From Patescibacteria group bacterium (GTDB taxonomy: Bacteria; Patescibacteriota; Microgenomatia; UBA8517), in contig DATDRP010000006.1 of assembly GCA_035291665.1 (NCBI GenBank), positions 145,255 to 209,254 on the forward strand: 64,000 nt of DNA, read 5' to 3'. A program made the translations under genes and the position numbers. The notes under the pieces were generated by a model. It did not search any database. It had not been told where the DNA came from and saw nothing but the letters and a program-made list of their open reading frames with translations. This document shows, piece after piece, positions 48,508-58,100 of the stretch (position 1 is the first letter of the stretch; every line of letters begins with the position of its first letter).

Positions 48508-49272
48508 TCACTTTAAGTCACTAAGTTTGGATCTTAACTTGGGAGGCAGCTTTCTGGATCCTTCCCGAAAAGACAATCCTGACATTTTATTTTTGTTGTT
48601 TTTTAAGAAATTGTAAACAGTTTCGGGAGATTTTGCGGACATATCCCGAAGGGTCCAGCCGATTGCTTTTCTGATAAAAAATTTGGCTCTTTTATTAACT
48701 AAAGTACCCTTATAAATCTTATCAATCCACAATTCATCAAATTGTGATTGTGCCATTTGAAAAAATAAATCCTTCCTTCCTCCTTTTCCGCTTCTGAAAA
48801 GAAGGAGTTGGGAAAGAAGTGCGCTTCGCCTGACCCAATAATCATCATCTTTGATCCATTTTAGTAAATATTCATAAACCGATTTATGTTTTTGTAATAT
48901 ACCGGGCATTAAAGGAATAATGAGACTATCCAGGAGCGCCCAACCCCGCGATTGCCTCATCATTTTTTCAATTAACGGTAAATCACTTTTATTCAGTTCG
49001 TTTGAATGAAGTTCAAGTATTTCAAGAGCGAGTGTTTTTTCTTCAAATGAAGGTTGGTTCCATAAATATTTTACAAATACAATAGCTTCTTTTTTATTCA
49101 GAGATAATAGAAAATCTTTATGCTTCAAGTAATATTCATGCCTTTTATTTGAACCCACCCCGTAATGTTTCAAATCCGAGTAAAGATATGCTTTTTCCTT
49201 GACAGCTCTTTCGGAATTAAAATTATCATTAAGAAACTTTTTGTATATTTTATGGAATTCATTCTTGTTCAT
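48508..49272 (-). CDS. DNA alkylation repair enzyme, AlkD-like HEAT repeat glycosylase
   Basis: WVRRSA and IGWTLRD blocks characteristic of PF08713. Confidence 0.7.
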   Translation of the reverse strand: MNKNEFHKIYKKFLNDNFNSERAVKEKAYLYSDLKHYGVGSNKRHEYYLKHKDFLLSLNKKEAIVFVKYLWNQPSFEEKTLALEILELHSNELNKSDLPLIEKMMRQSRGWALLDSLIIPLMPGILQKHKSVYEYLLKWIKDDDYWVRRSALLSQLLLFRSGKGGRKDLFFQMAQSQFDELWIDKIYKGTLVNKRAKFFIRKAIGWTLRDMSAKSPETVYNFLKNNKNKMSGLSFREGSRKLPPKLRSKLSDLK

Positions 49273-49351
49273 GCTTACCTATTTTACCTTTCCTGAATTG
49301 ATTGTAAACAATAATATAGTAATAATAATTATAGTGTCATATAATGTCTGA

Positions 49352-50494
49352 GTGAAAAAAGATCTTGCCGGAAAAACACTTCTCCTACACGCAAAGTTTG
49401 CAGGTAAACTCGGAACTCAAGTTTTGACGCCCATCAGAACAAAAGACGATTTGAGTTTGGTGTATACACCCGGTGTTGCGTCAGTTTCTTCCGAAATCGC
49501 GAAGCATCCGGAAAAAATATATAAATATACGATAAAAAGCCACACAGTTGCTGTTGTCAGTGATGGATCGGCCGTCTTGGGGTTGGGCGATATTGGAGCC
49601 GCTGCGGCGATACCTGTAATGGAAGGCAAGTGCGCCCTTTTTAAGACTTTTGCAGGACTTGATGCGTTTCCGATTTGTTTGACTACACAAAATCCAAAGG
49701 AGATTATAAGTATTGTAAAAAATATTTCTCCCGTTTTCGGAGCAATTAATTTGGAGGACATTTCTGCTCCCCGTTGTTTTGAGATTGAGGAAGCTCTTCA
49801 GAATATCGGGATTCCTGTTATGCATGACGATCAGCATGGGACTGCGGTTGTTGTTCTTGCTGGACTTATAAATGCATTAAAAGTCGCAGGTAAAAAGATG
49901 AATCAGATAAAAGTGGTTCTTCTCGGGGCGGGAGCTGCAGGAAATGCGATTGCGAATTTTTTGTCCGATAAGGTGAAGGAGTTGGTTGTTGTTGACAGCC
50001 GGGGGATTATCTCAAAAAAAAGAAGCGATCTGGATAAATATAAAAAAAGACTACTAAGGTTTTCTAACAGGAAAAATGTTTCAGGAAGCCTGGCTGATGC
50101 TTTGCCTGGAGCTGATGTTTTTATCGGTGTTTCAAGAGGAGGGCTTTTTGAGCCCGGTTTTGTGAAGTTGATGAATGAAAAATCAATAATTTTTGCTCTT
50201 GCCAATCCTACCCCTGAAATTATGCCGGAAATTGCACATAAAGCCGGTGCATTTATTGTTGCCAGCGGCCGGAGCGACTACCCAAACCAAATTAACAATT
50301 CACTCGCTTTTCCGGGGATTTTTAAAGGGACATTAATTTCCGGTGCTTCAAGAATCACGCGGGAAATGAAAGAAAGCGCAGCAGTCGCTTTATCCCGGTT
50401 GGTTAAAAATCCTACAAGAGAAAAAATAATTCCCGGACCTTTTGATAAAGGTGTGGTGGAAGTAGTTTCCAGGGCAGTTATAAACGCATCCTAG
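49352..50494 (+). CDS. maeB: NAD(P)-dependent malic enzyme (short form)
   Basis: LSLVYTPGVA, the malic-enzyme divalent-cation/NAD sites, Rossmann GAGAAG. Confidence 0.85.
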   Translation: MKKDLAGKTLLLHAKFAGKLGTQVLTPIRTKDDLSLVYTPGVASVSSEIAKHPEKIYKYTIKSHTVAVVSDGSAVLGLGDIGAAAAIPVMEGKCALFKTFAGLDAFPICLTTQNPKEIISIVKNISPVFGAINLEDISAPRCFEIEEALQNIGIPVMHDDQHGTAVVVLAGLINALKVAGKKMNQIKVVLLGAGAAGNAIANFLSDKVKELVVVDSRGIISKKRSDLDKYKKRLLRFSNRKNVSGSLADALPGADVFIGVSRGGLFEPGFVKLMNEKSIIFALANPTPEIMPEIAHKAGAFIVASGRSDYPNQINNSLAFPGIFKGTLISGASRITREMKESAAVALSRLVKNPTREKIIPGPFDKGVVEVVSRAVINAS

Positions 50495-50524
50495 GCGACT
50501 TTATTATTAAAAGACTTTTTGTTT

Positions 50525-50800
50525 TCAACTTGTTATGTTTTTTTGAACCCGTAGGATTTTTTTGCGGGTAATAATAATGTTGGTAAGAACTATTGCTGAG
50601 TAAACTACTCCGGAAATGCAGACTTTTACTATGTTTGCATGTGTTGTTATTGTCAGGAGAGCACCGCTTGCAAGAGTAGCCAAAAAAGCAATCCCGGTAA
50701 CAAAAACCTTTCTATTTGATGGTGTTATCGATGTGTAAAACGAATACAAAACACTGGTCAATGCCAAAAAGATATGAATGATTAACATGCACCAAAACAA
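50525..50800 (-). CDS. Hypothetical small membrane protein (3 TM)
   Basis: 91 aa hydrophobic. Confidence 0.3.
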   Translation of the reverse strand: MFWCMLIIHIFLALTSVLYSFYTSITPSNRKVFVTGIAFLATLASGALLTITTHANIVKVCISGVVYSAIVLTNIIITRKKILRVQKNITS

Positions 50801-50874
50801 ACCTTCAGATTAACGTTATATATTCTATCATTTTTCTTATATTTCGATACAATATATCTACATTTTTAACTCAT

Positions 50875-51258
50875 ATGCAAACAGGATCTGAACTTTGTAA
50901 AATATGCCCTATTAATGAGAGCTGCAGTTCAGATCTTAACCCTGAAAGTGCAACAAAAAGGAGGCTTGTCATTAATAATCCCTGGAACTGCCGGCATCTG
51001 ACGTGTCCTGCAGGCGTTGAAGAAGCCAAAAAGGAAAAGTCGCGTTTAAGATCTAAAAATATATTTTTTGGTTATGCCTACTTTTCGTCAAAGGACAAAC
51101 CAAGTGTCAGAAGATTTGATATGAAGTTGGGTATTATCGAATCATTTCAGGATGGACAGTGGCATTCAACAGGTCAGTCAATCTATAAAAATTATATTGT
51201 TGATAGAAAAAACTATCCATATAAAAGAATCAGGAATTTCAGTGTGAAGAAAACTTAA
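50875..51258 (+). CDS. Hypothetical Cys-containing protein
   Basis: CKICP...C...C...CRHLTCP: 6 Cys in the first 50 aa. Confidence 0.4.
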   Translation: MQTGSELCKICPINESCSSDLNPESATKRRLVINNPWNCRHLTCPAGVEEAKKEKSRLRSKNIFFGYAYFSSKDKPSVRRFDMKLGIIESFQDGQWHSTGQSIYKNYIVDRKNYPYKRIRNFSVKKT

Positions 51259-51323
51259 AACTAAATACCCACTTCCCACAACTCATTTCCTATTTCTTTC
51301 CCCTTTTCTCTATTAGCTAATTT
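51259..51323 (+). repeat. CT-rich modular intergenic repeat (short copy)
   Basis: aaaacttaaaactaaataCCCACTTCCCACAACTCATTTCCtatttctttccccttttctctattagctaattttt shares its head and tttc(c/g)cttttctctatt modules with copies at 53795 and 59598. Confidence 0.6.
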
Positions 51324-51776
51324 TTAATCCCTGACTTTTGTCTTTTCTATATCTTCTTCGCTCATGCCGAAATGGTGGGCGATTTCGTGAATAACGGTAT
51401 TTTTGATATTAACAACTGCGTTTTCATAACTATTAGAAATCCGAAGAAGGGGAATTTTAAAGATTGTGATCTTATCAGGGAGCGGTCCGCCGATGCCATA
51501 GTTTCTTCTTTTTGTCTGGGGTATTCCTTCATACAAACCAAGAAGTAATCCTCTGCCTTGGTTTCTCCCGACAAGGTTCATTTGCGATACCGTCGGCCAG
51601 TCAGCAATTACAATTGCCACATTTTCCATTTTGTCTTTGAACTCCTGAGGAAGTTCTTTCAGCGCCTGATCGATAATTTTCCCAAACTCCTGATCATCCA
51701 TGAAGGAAATTATATTTAATCCCAAGCTTAACGGCAAGGAAGGTTCATCGCTGAAGACCAATTCGGCGGCTTTCAT
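51324..51776 (-). CDS. Zincin_1-like (DUF1025) putative zinc metallopeptidase
   Basis: C-terminal HEIAHHFGMSEEDI matches the HExxHHFG zinc-binding signature. Confidence 0.6.
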   Translation of the reverse strand: MKAAELVFSDEPSLPLSLGLNIISFMDDQEFGKIIDQALKELPQEFKDKMENVAIVIADWPTVSQMNLVGRNQGRGLLLGLYEGIPQTKRRNYGIGGPLPDKITIFKIPLLRISNSYENAVVNIKNTVIHEIAHHFGMSEEDIEKTKVRD

Positions 51777-51826
51777 AAATTTCCTATATTTGATTCTGCG
51801 AAGGAGGTTGTGGATAATGAAGTATT

Positions 51827-53065
51827 ATGGACGAAGCCGGGGATAACATTACTGGAAGTCATATCTCAAGAAGAGATTTTTTGAATATGGGAGTATTGGG
51901 TTTGGCATCAATTGCTACTGGTAAAAAATTGGTGAATACCATTAATTATCTCGCTGACGCATTAGGTGATAAAGTTGAAGAATCGGGAATTAATAACAAG
52001 CTCCATGAAGTTTTGAAAATTGTTCAGGAAAATTCAAAGATGATTGTTAATTTTTCTGACAAATATGGTATCCCACCGGAAGTTTTGGCGACAGTTGTGT
52101 CTATGGAACATTTGATTATTTTAACCGGTAAAACGAAAAAAGATGGATATGCGATAGGTATTTCGGAATCAGATTCCATAAAAGGATTTACTGATTTAAT
52201 CGAGAAAGAAATTCACCCCGATAAAGCCAATATAGGATTGTGTCAAGTAAATCTTCAGGATGCAATCAATTTTGAAGACCGATTGGTTGGAAAAGATGCG
52301 TTTCCTGATGCGGATAAGCAAAAAAGAGAACAAACGACTTATGAGAGGCTGGAATCTCCTTGGTGGAACATGGTGTATTTTTCAGAAATGCTTAAAAAAG
52401 AGGCCGCTGATACCGGAAAAACTATTACAGACAAACAAGCAGCAACCCAGTTTATCAGAGAAAAATACAATGACGACTCTCATAAGTTAAAAATATTTAA
52501 TGAACTACTGGATGTATATTCAAACTTTTTTCAGGATAAGAAACCGGATGAAAAATTTAAGAGGTGTTCACTCGAAGAAGCGATAAGTGTTTGGAATGAA
52601 TACCCAGAGTATTCACATTTATTCCGAAGTGTTTGGCCTGTTGAATACTTTGTAGTTCATCATACTGCAGGTAAATATCACACTGAGTCGATAATCACAG
52701 CGGAACACATTGCCAAAGGTTTTGGTGACATTGGTTATAACGGAATTATCGGGAATGGCGAACTTACAAGCGACGGTAAATTTTATCCTGGGAGAAGTAC
52801 AAAAAAAGAAGGTGCGCATACTTTGAGCTACAACAAAAAGTCCATCGGTGTTGCTTTGGTCGGGGATTTCAATATAACTGAACCCACAACGCTACAACTG
52901 GATTCATTAAGGAAAGCCATTATTGCCAGTTCTGCAATTTATGAGATTGATCCTTTCAAAGTAGTTGGCCACAGAGAACTAAATGATACGCAGTGTCCGG
53001 GAAATAATTTTACAACTGATAAATTCAAAAGACCGGTAGATGTGGCCGCAGGGAAAATAGTATAG
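51827..53065 (+). CDS. N-acetylmuramoyl-L-alanine amidase (Amidase_2/PGRP domain) with Tat signal and N-terminal domain of unknown function
   Basis: Twin-arginine SRRDFLNMGVLGLASIATG. C-terminal YFVVHHTAG...GYNGIIGNGEL...GAHTLSYNKKSIGVALVGDF...VVGHRELNDTQCPG. N-terminal region has a weak SLT-like E-S...GLCQV. Confidence 0.75.
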   Translation: MDEAGDNITGSHISRRDFLNMGVLGLASIATGKKLVNTINYLADALGDKVEESGINNKLHEVLKIVQENSKMIVNFSDKYGIPPEVLATVVSMEHLIILTGKTKKDGYAIGISESDSIKGFTDLIEKEIHPDKANIGLCQVNLQDAINFEDRLVGKDAFPDADKQKREQTTYERLESPWWNMVYFSEMLKKEAADTGKTITDKQAATQFIREKYNDDSHKLKIFNELLDVYSNFFQDKKPDEKFKRCSLEEAISVWNEYPEYSHLFRSVWPVEYFVVHHTAGKYHTESIITAEHIAKGFGDIGYNGIIGNGELTSDGKFYPGRSTKKEGAHTLSYNKKSIGVALVGDFNITEPTTLQLDSLRKAIIASSAIYEIDPFKVVGHRELNDTQCPGNNFTTDKFKRPVDVAAGKIV

Positions 53066-53200
53066 AAAAACTTAACTCCAAATAACTTAATTTCTATTTT
53101 TCCCTTTCCCACTACTCACATCCCACTTCCCATCACCTACCCCCTACAACCTATCTCCTACCGCTTACAATCCACTTTTTATCTCCATTCATCTATATTT
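53066..53200 (+). repeat. CT-rich modular intergenic repeat
   Basis: aaaaacttaactccaaataacttaatttc...tcccactactcacatcccacttcccatcacctaccccctacaacctatctcctaccgcttacaatccac. Confidence 0.6.
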
Positions 53201-53232
53201 GTAGCTTTCGGATGGCGTACAATACCAGCATT

Positions 53233-53526
53233 ATGCAGGAAAATGAAAAACCATCAATTTGTCAACGGAACTTTATGCTGGATTGCAAGCCCGGCTGTCC
53301 TCTTTATGCTTATTCCAAGAATTCCGTTCAAACTTTGGCGGATCAACACGGAGTGACTTTTGATGAAGCAATAAAAAAGATCCGAAGTATGCGCTTTGAT
53401 CAACAAGTGCAGATTCTGGCTTTAATAAAGGGTGGTTTACAATCCGTAAAAGAGAAGAGGGGGATTGTTTTGGAATGCGATAATGAGAAAAATGGGTTAA
53501 TTTCGGACCATTTTGGTTTCGGATAG
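53233..53526 (+). CDS. Hypothetical small protein (alternative start 53212)
   Basis: 98-104 aa ORF. Its 5' end lies in a 36-nt motif duplicated at the 5' end of the next gene. Confidence 0.4.
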   Translation: MQENEKPSICQRNFMLDCKPGCPLYAYSKNSVQTLADQHGVTFDEAIKKIRSMRFDQQVQILALIKGGLQSVKEKRGIVLECDNEKNGLISDHFGFG

Positions 53527-53543
53527 CGTACAATACCATCATC

Positions 53544-53786
53544 ATGCCGGAAAAGTGGTTTCGAAGGGTAGAAAATTTGGCAATTATTCCAGTAATAGGT
53601 GGTGATTTACCGGGTATGTATAGGGAGTTTCCACCTGAACTTCATGATGCTTTTGAGGAAGGTAAAAAAGCACTGGTTCCCGGTGAACAGTCTTATATAT
53701 CTATGAGGGGTCCTGTAAAGTATGGTGGTTTTGAAAGCAAAGTATTCATCGTTTCGAAGATCACTCTCGTAAAAGTTGCAGGGTGA
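53544..53786 (+). CDS. Hypothetical small protein
   Basis: 80 aa. Faint similarity to the preceding ORF (ILALIKGGL vs LAIIPVIGGDL). Confidence 0.4.
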   Translation: MPEKWFRRVENLAIIPVIGGDLPGMYREFPPELHDAFEEGKKALVPGEQSYISMRGPVKYGGFESKVFIVSKITLVKVAG

Positions 53787-53794
53787 GAAACTAC

Positions 53795-54030
53795 TAAAAA
53801 CTTAAAACTGAATACTAAATACTCACAACTCACTTCCCACATCTCACTTCCCATTTCTTTTCGCTTTTCTCTATTCTCTTAATTCCTTAATTCCTATATT
53901 CCTAATTTCTTATCTTCATTTCCCACAACTCACTTCTCACTACTCATTTCCTACTTCCTACCTCCTACAACCTATAACCATTGCCCCTCTCATTTCTCAC
54001 ATCCCACATCCCATCTCTTACAACCTACCG
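53795..54030 (+). repeat. CT-rich modular intergenic repeat (longest + strand copy)
   Basis: aaaacttaaaactgaatactaaatactcacaactcacttcccacatctcacttcccatttcttttcgcttttctctattctcttaattccttaattcctatattcctaat...cctacaacctataaccatt... Confidence 0.65.
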
Positions 54031-54056
54031 ATCAGTGTTAATATACCAATATAAGT

Positions 54057-55028
54057 ATGAAGAAAATAATTGCCGCTATTTTACTATTATTAACAGCCGC
54101 ATTTGTGTTTTTCGGTTGGCAATATTTTGCTCCGGTTGGTTCATCCGAAGATCTTGTGGTTTTTGTCGTTCCGGAAAAAATGCCGGATTTTAATGTACCC
54201 GAAGAACTGTATAAGCAAAAATATATTAAAAGTTCCAAGGCCTTCCGGTTCCTTCTTGAAAATTTTGCACCGGGAGTAGAGATAAAACCCGGCGGATATA
54301 AAATAAGTCAAAACATGAATGCTTGGCAGGTTATGAAAAAGATTACAGGACAAGAGGATTTGAAATGGGTAACAATTTCTTATTGCCCCCGGAAAGAACA
54401 GGTTGGCGAGAAGCTTGCAGAAGTCTTGGGGTGGAACGACCTGAATCTAAGTGATTGGAATTCGCTCTATAAAAATACCAAACAGGAGTATTTTGAAGGA
54501 GTCTATTATCCGGATACATATCTGATTCCGGTTGACGAATCCCCATCACAAGTTGCCGGAAGATTTATAAACCGTTTCAATGAAAAGTTCGCACCTTTAT
54601 CGGAAAAGTTTATAGAAAAAAATATCAAATGGACGACAGGTCTCAAGATTGCCTCACTTATAGCCCGCGAAGCAGGAGGAACAGAGGATATGAATATAAT
54701 ATCTGCCGTAATCTGGAACCGTTTGGACGGGGGAATGCCGCTTCAGATTGATGCAACGATGCAATACACTCTCGGAAAAAATGAGGATGGCAGCTGGTGG
54801 GGAAATATTGATCTTTCAGAAAAAGATAAAGACTCGCCCTATAATAGCTATATGTATAAAGGACTTCCTCCCACTCCTATTTGCAGTCCGAATGTTAGTG
54901 CCATTGAAGCTGTTATTAACCCCGAAGAAACCGATTGTCTATTTTATCTGCATGACAAGAATAAAAATATTCATTGCGCGGTTTCCTACAAAGACCATCT
55001 GAAGAATATCCAAAAATATTTGAAGTAA
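54057..55028 (+). CDS. mltG: Endolytic murein transglycosylase MltG (YceG family)
   Basis: GGYKISQNMNAWQV; EGVYYPDTYLI; ASLIAREA; VIWNRLDGGMPLQIDATMQY; PYNSYMYKGLPPTPICSP. N-terminal TM. Confidence 0.8.
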   Translation: MKKIIAAILLLLTAAFVFFGWQYFAPVGSSEDLVVFVVPEKMPDFNVPEELYKQKYIKSSKAFRFLLENFAPGVEIKPGGYKISQNMNAWQVMKKITGQEDLKWVTISYCPRKEQVGEKLAEVLGWNDLNLSDWNSLYKNTKQEYFEGVYYPDTYLIPVDESPSQVAGRFINRFNEKFAPLSEKFIEKNIKWTTGLKIASLIAREAGGTEDMNIISAVIWNRLDGGMPLQIDATMQYTLGKNEDGSWWGNIDLSEKDKDSPYNSYMYKGLPPTPICSPNVSAIEAVINPEETDCLFYLHDKNKNIHCAVSYKDHLKNIQKYLK

Positions 55029-55134
55029 ACATTAAAAATATACTATAAGAATATTCAGGAAAAGCCATCGAGTCTAATTGGATCTACCTCGACATCCAAG
55101 CTTGACTTGACTCGGGGGGGGATGTCATAGTCAT

Positions 55135-55163
55135 TGACTTATGGGATAGTTTGATGCAATAAT
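55135..55163 (+). promoter_or_regulatory. Candidate sigma70 promoter for the giant gene: TTGACT, 17 nt, TGcAATAAT
   Basis: -35 55135-55140, -10 55158-55163 with upstream TG. The ATG at 55173 lies ~10 nt downstream, implying a very short leader. Confidence 0.3.
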
Positions 55164-55172
55164 CACTTGAGA

Positions 55173-58100
55173 ATGCGGACGTTTTCAAGAAAGCTATCAT
55201 ATCTTCTTTGTTTTACTCTTCTTTTTTACCAACTCTCCCTTTTTTTATTCAACGATGCAAAAACCGCACAAGCAACTACGGCATCATATCAAGTGTCAAC
55301 TTCTACTGATGATGTAAACGAAGACGGCGGGACAATGAATTCAACAAGTACCAGTATTTGGGTGGGAACGGGCGGATCCACAAGCCAAAGTTACACCGGT
55401 TTCCGATTTACCAACGTAAGTATTCCCCAAGGATCAACTATTACATCTGCTTATATAGAGCTTTGGTCTATCCAAGATTCATGGATTGATACCGGTTATC
55501 AAATCGGGGCAGAAAATGTCGGCAATAGTACAACTTTCACAAGTACAACAAAGCCGTCACAACGGGCTCTGACAACCGCCGTGGTCAACTATTCATCAAG
55601 CTCCCATTGGTTAATCAACACTTGGTATCAGGATGCAAACATACCCTCAGTTATTCAGGAAGTTGTTAACCGTACTGATTGGACAAGCGGTAATGCGTTG
55701 TCGATTATTTACAAGGGAACTTCCGCAGCATGGGGTAGAAAGTATGCATCAAGCTATAACGGGAACCCATCCTATGCTCCGCGTTTAGTTGTTGCATTTG
55801 AAGCCGCAACCACGCCTAGTCCGACGCCGCCGCCGACGCCCACTCCCACTGAAACTCCGACTCCTACACCAACAGAAACACCAACTCCTACTCCTACCGA
55901 ATCTCTAACTCCGACTCCCACGGAAATCCCCACTCCCACTCCGACCGAGACGCCAACGCCAATGCCTACCCCAACAGCCTCGGTTACCCCGACACCTCAG
56001 CCACCTTCGGAATGGACGCAGCTCGGACATGACGCACAGCATTCATCGTACACGGAACAATTTGTCCCAACCCCATGGAAGTGGAAATGGTCATGGAACG
56101 GACCCGACGCAGCAGGAAATGTACGTGCGGATAAACTGAATTATCCCGGAAGCAGTGATTTTACAACTCCGGGTATCCCTCGGAATATTCAACCGGTGAC
56201 CGGTGGGGGTAAAGTATATATTGCTGCCGGAAATTTCGGTGTTTACGCCCTTAATGAGGAAGACGTAAATACTGACAGTTTTGCAGATGTTTTGTGGAAC
56301 GTAAATCCGGTTGCTGGTGGTGGAGTTAAGTCAACTCCCGCATACGATAGCGAAACTGGAGCATTATTTGTTCTTGGAACAAATGGCGTTGTTTACAAAT
56401 TGGATACCCTTAACAGCGGGATCGTGATTGGAGAATTTAATACAAATCAAAGTTATGCACCATATACAACAAGTGCTGACCGATACAATCGGGTAGCGTT
56501 GCCGACATCCCCCACACTTTCGGGAAACCGGTTATTTGTATCGATGGGACAGAAAGTTTTTGCACTGGACAAAAACAATCTTAGTAATCTTATATGGGAG
56601 TACGATGCGGGAGCAGAAGTTTATACACCGCCTGCATACTCAACTGTCAGGGATATGGTCTTTGTTGCATCTCAGGATTTGACACCCGGTCCGGATGGAA
56701 AACTTCATATTTATACGCATGCAATATCAAATTCTAATGGACTGGAATTGTGGAAGACTAGCATCACTAATATCACCGGTGTTGAAGCGGGAGACCCCAA
56801 CCCGCCTCCAAATTACACCAGCCAGGTAAGAGCGGAAGTACTTAACGGTTGGCCGGTTATTGCTGAAGAACATGGTCTGGTTTTTATCAAATTAAGACTT
56901 AATTGGAATACGATGTGGACTTGGAGTCCCTGGTCAACGAGCAATGAGACGAACCGGACGAGGCTTCTTTCCAATCCAACACAACAAGCTCTGATTGCTC
57001 TTTCAATGGATAGCGGGAGCCAACCGTTTGTTGTCAATATCGGTCACGGAGGCTATGGAGATGGATTCATCCCGATGGGACCCCAACCGGTTGTAAAGAG
57101 GTTTGCCGATGGGAGTGAAGTTGTCTATACGATGGTAAGGGGAGACAGTCAATCCGGTGTTGACGGTCGTTCGGATACCCACTTTGGGGAGTTGGTTTTG
57201 GATTCAACAACAGCAACCGGATTTGAACCGGGCTATGTCAGATGGATTGAATACGGTAATTATGGTTGGCCGGCAAATTCAAATAATGATACTCCGCCGA
57301 CAGATGAGCAGCCGAATGTATCAATGTCAGGAAACTATCTTTTCGGAGGCCACTGGGCTGTTGGGAATGCGATGGAAATCGTTGATAGGAATGCAAATTT
57401 GGGAGGCTATTCAAACCCCATCACAACAGAACCGATTCCGAATATCGCTTTAATGACAAATTCGTCAACTGTTCCGGAAGGATTTGACTCTTCACACTAT
57501 GTTTCACACAATTTTGGCATGGCAACGAATGGGGAATGGAGGGCGTTGCCTCCCGGATTTTACGTATATTGGAATCAAGGGCATCTTTATGATCAATACT
57601 GGAGCGACTACTCTACCTGGACAGTTAGTAATAATACCGTTTACTATTTGACGAATGATGGTGCACTTGTTGCTTTAGATCACAATAGTGGCAGTCCTAC
57701 ACCTACACCAACACCCAGTCCAACTGCCACGCCTACTCCCACTGAAACTCCGACTCCGATACCGACCGAGATACCAACACCTACGCCAACTGAGATTCCT
57801 ACCCCGACACCGACTGACATTCCGGCTCCGACTCCAACAGAAATACCTACTCCGACACCTACGGATTCTCCCACTCCAACGCCGACTGATACGCCCACTC
57901 CCACGGACACACCCACTCCGACACCTCCGCTAGTGATTAATATGGCTGTCATGAGCGACAGCTCTTCTGATGAGTATCGTGCAGACGACAATCGTGCCGG
58001 AGGAACTCAATGGGAGTTAACAACGCTGGCCTGGACCGAGTTATTGGAAAAATATCGCGGATTTAATTTGGGGTCTTGGGGAACGCGTGGGGAGCCAAGA

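Noticed and set aside
57680-57991. 103-aa minus-strand ORF (GVGVGVS repeats) and + strand ORF 57688-57933
   Set aside because: Antisense or out-of-frame readings of the PT-linker tandem repeat inside the giant gene.
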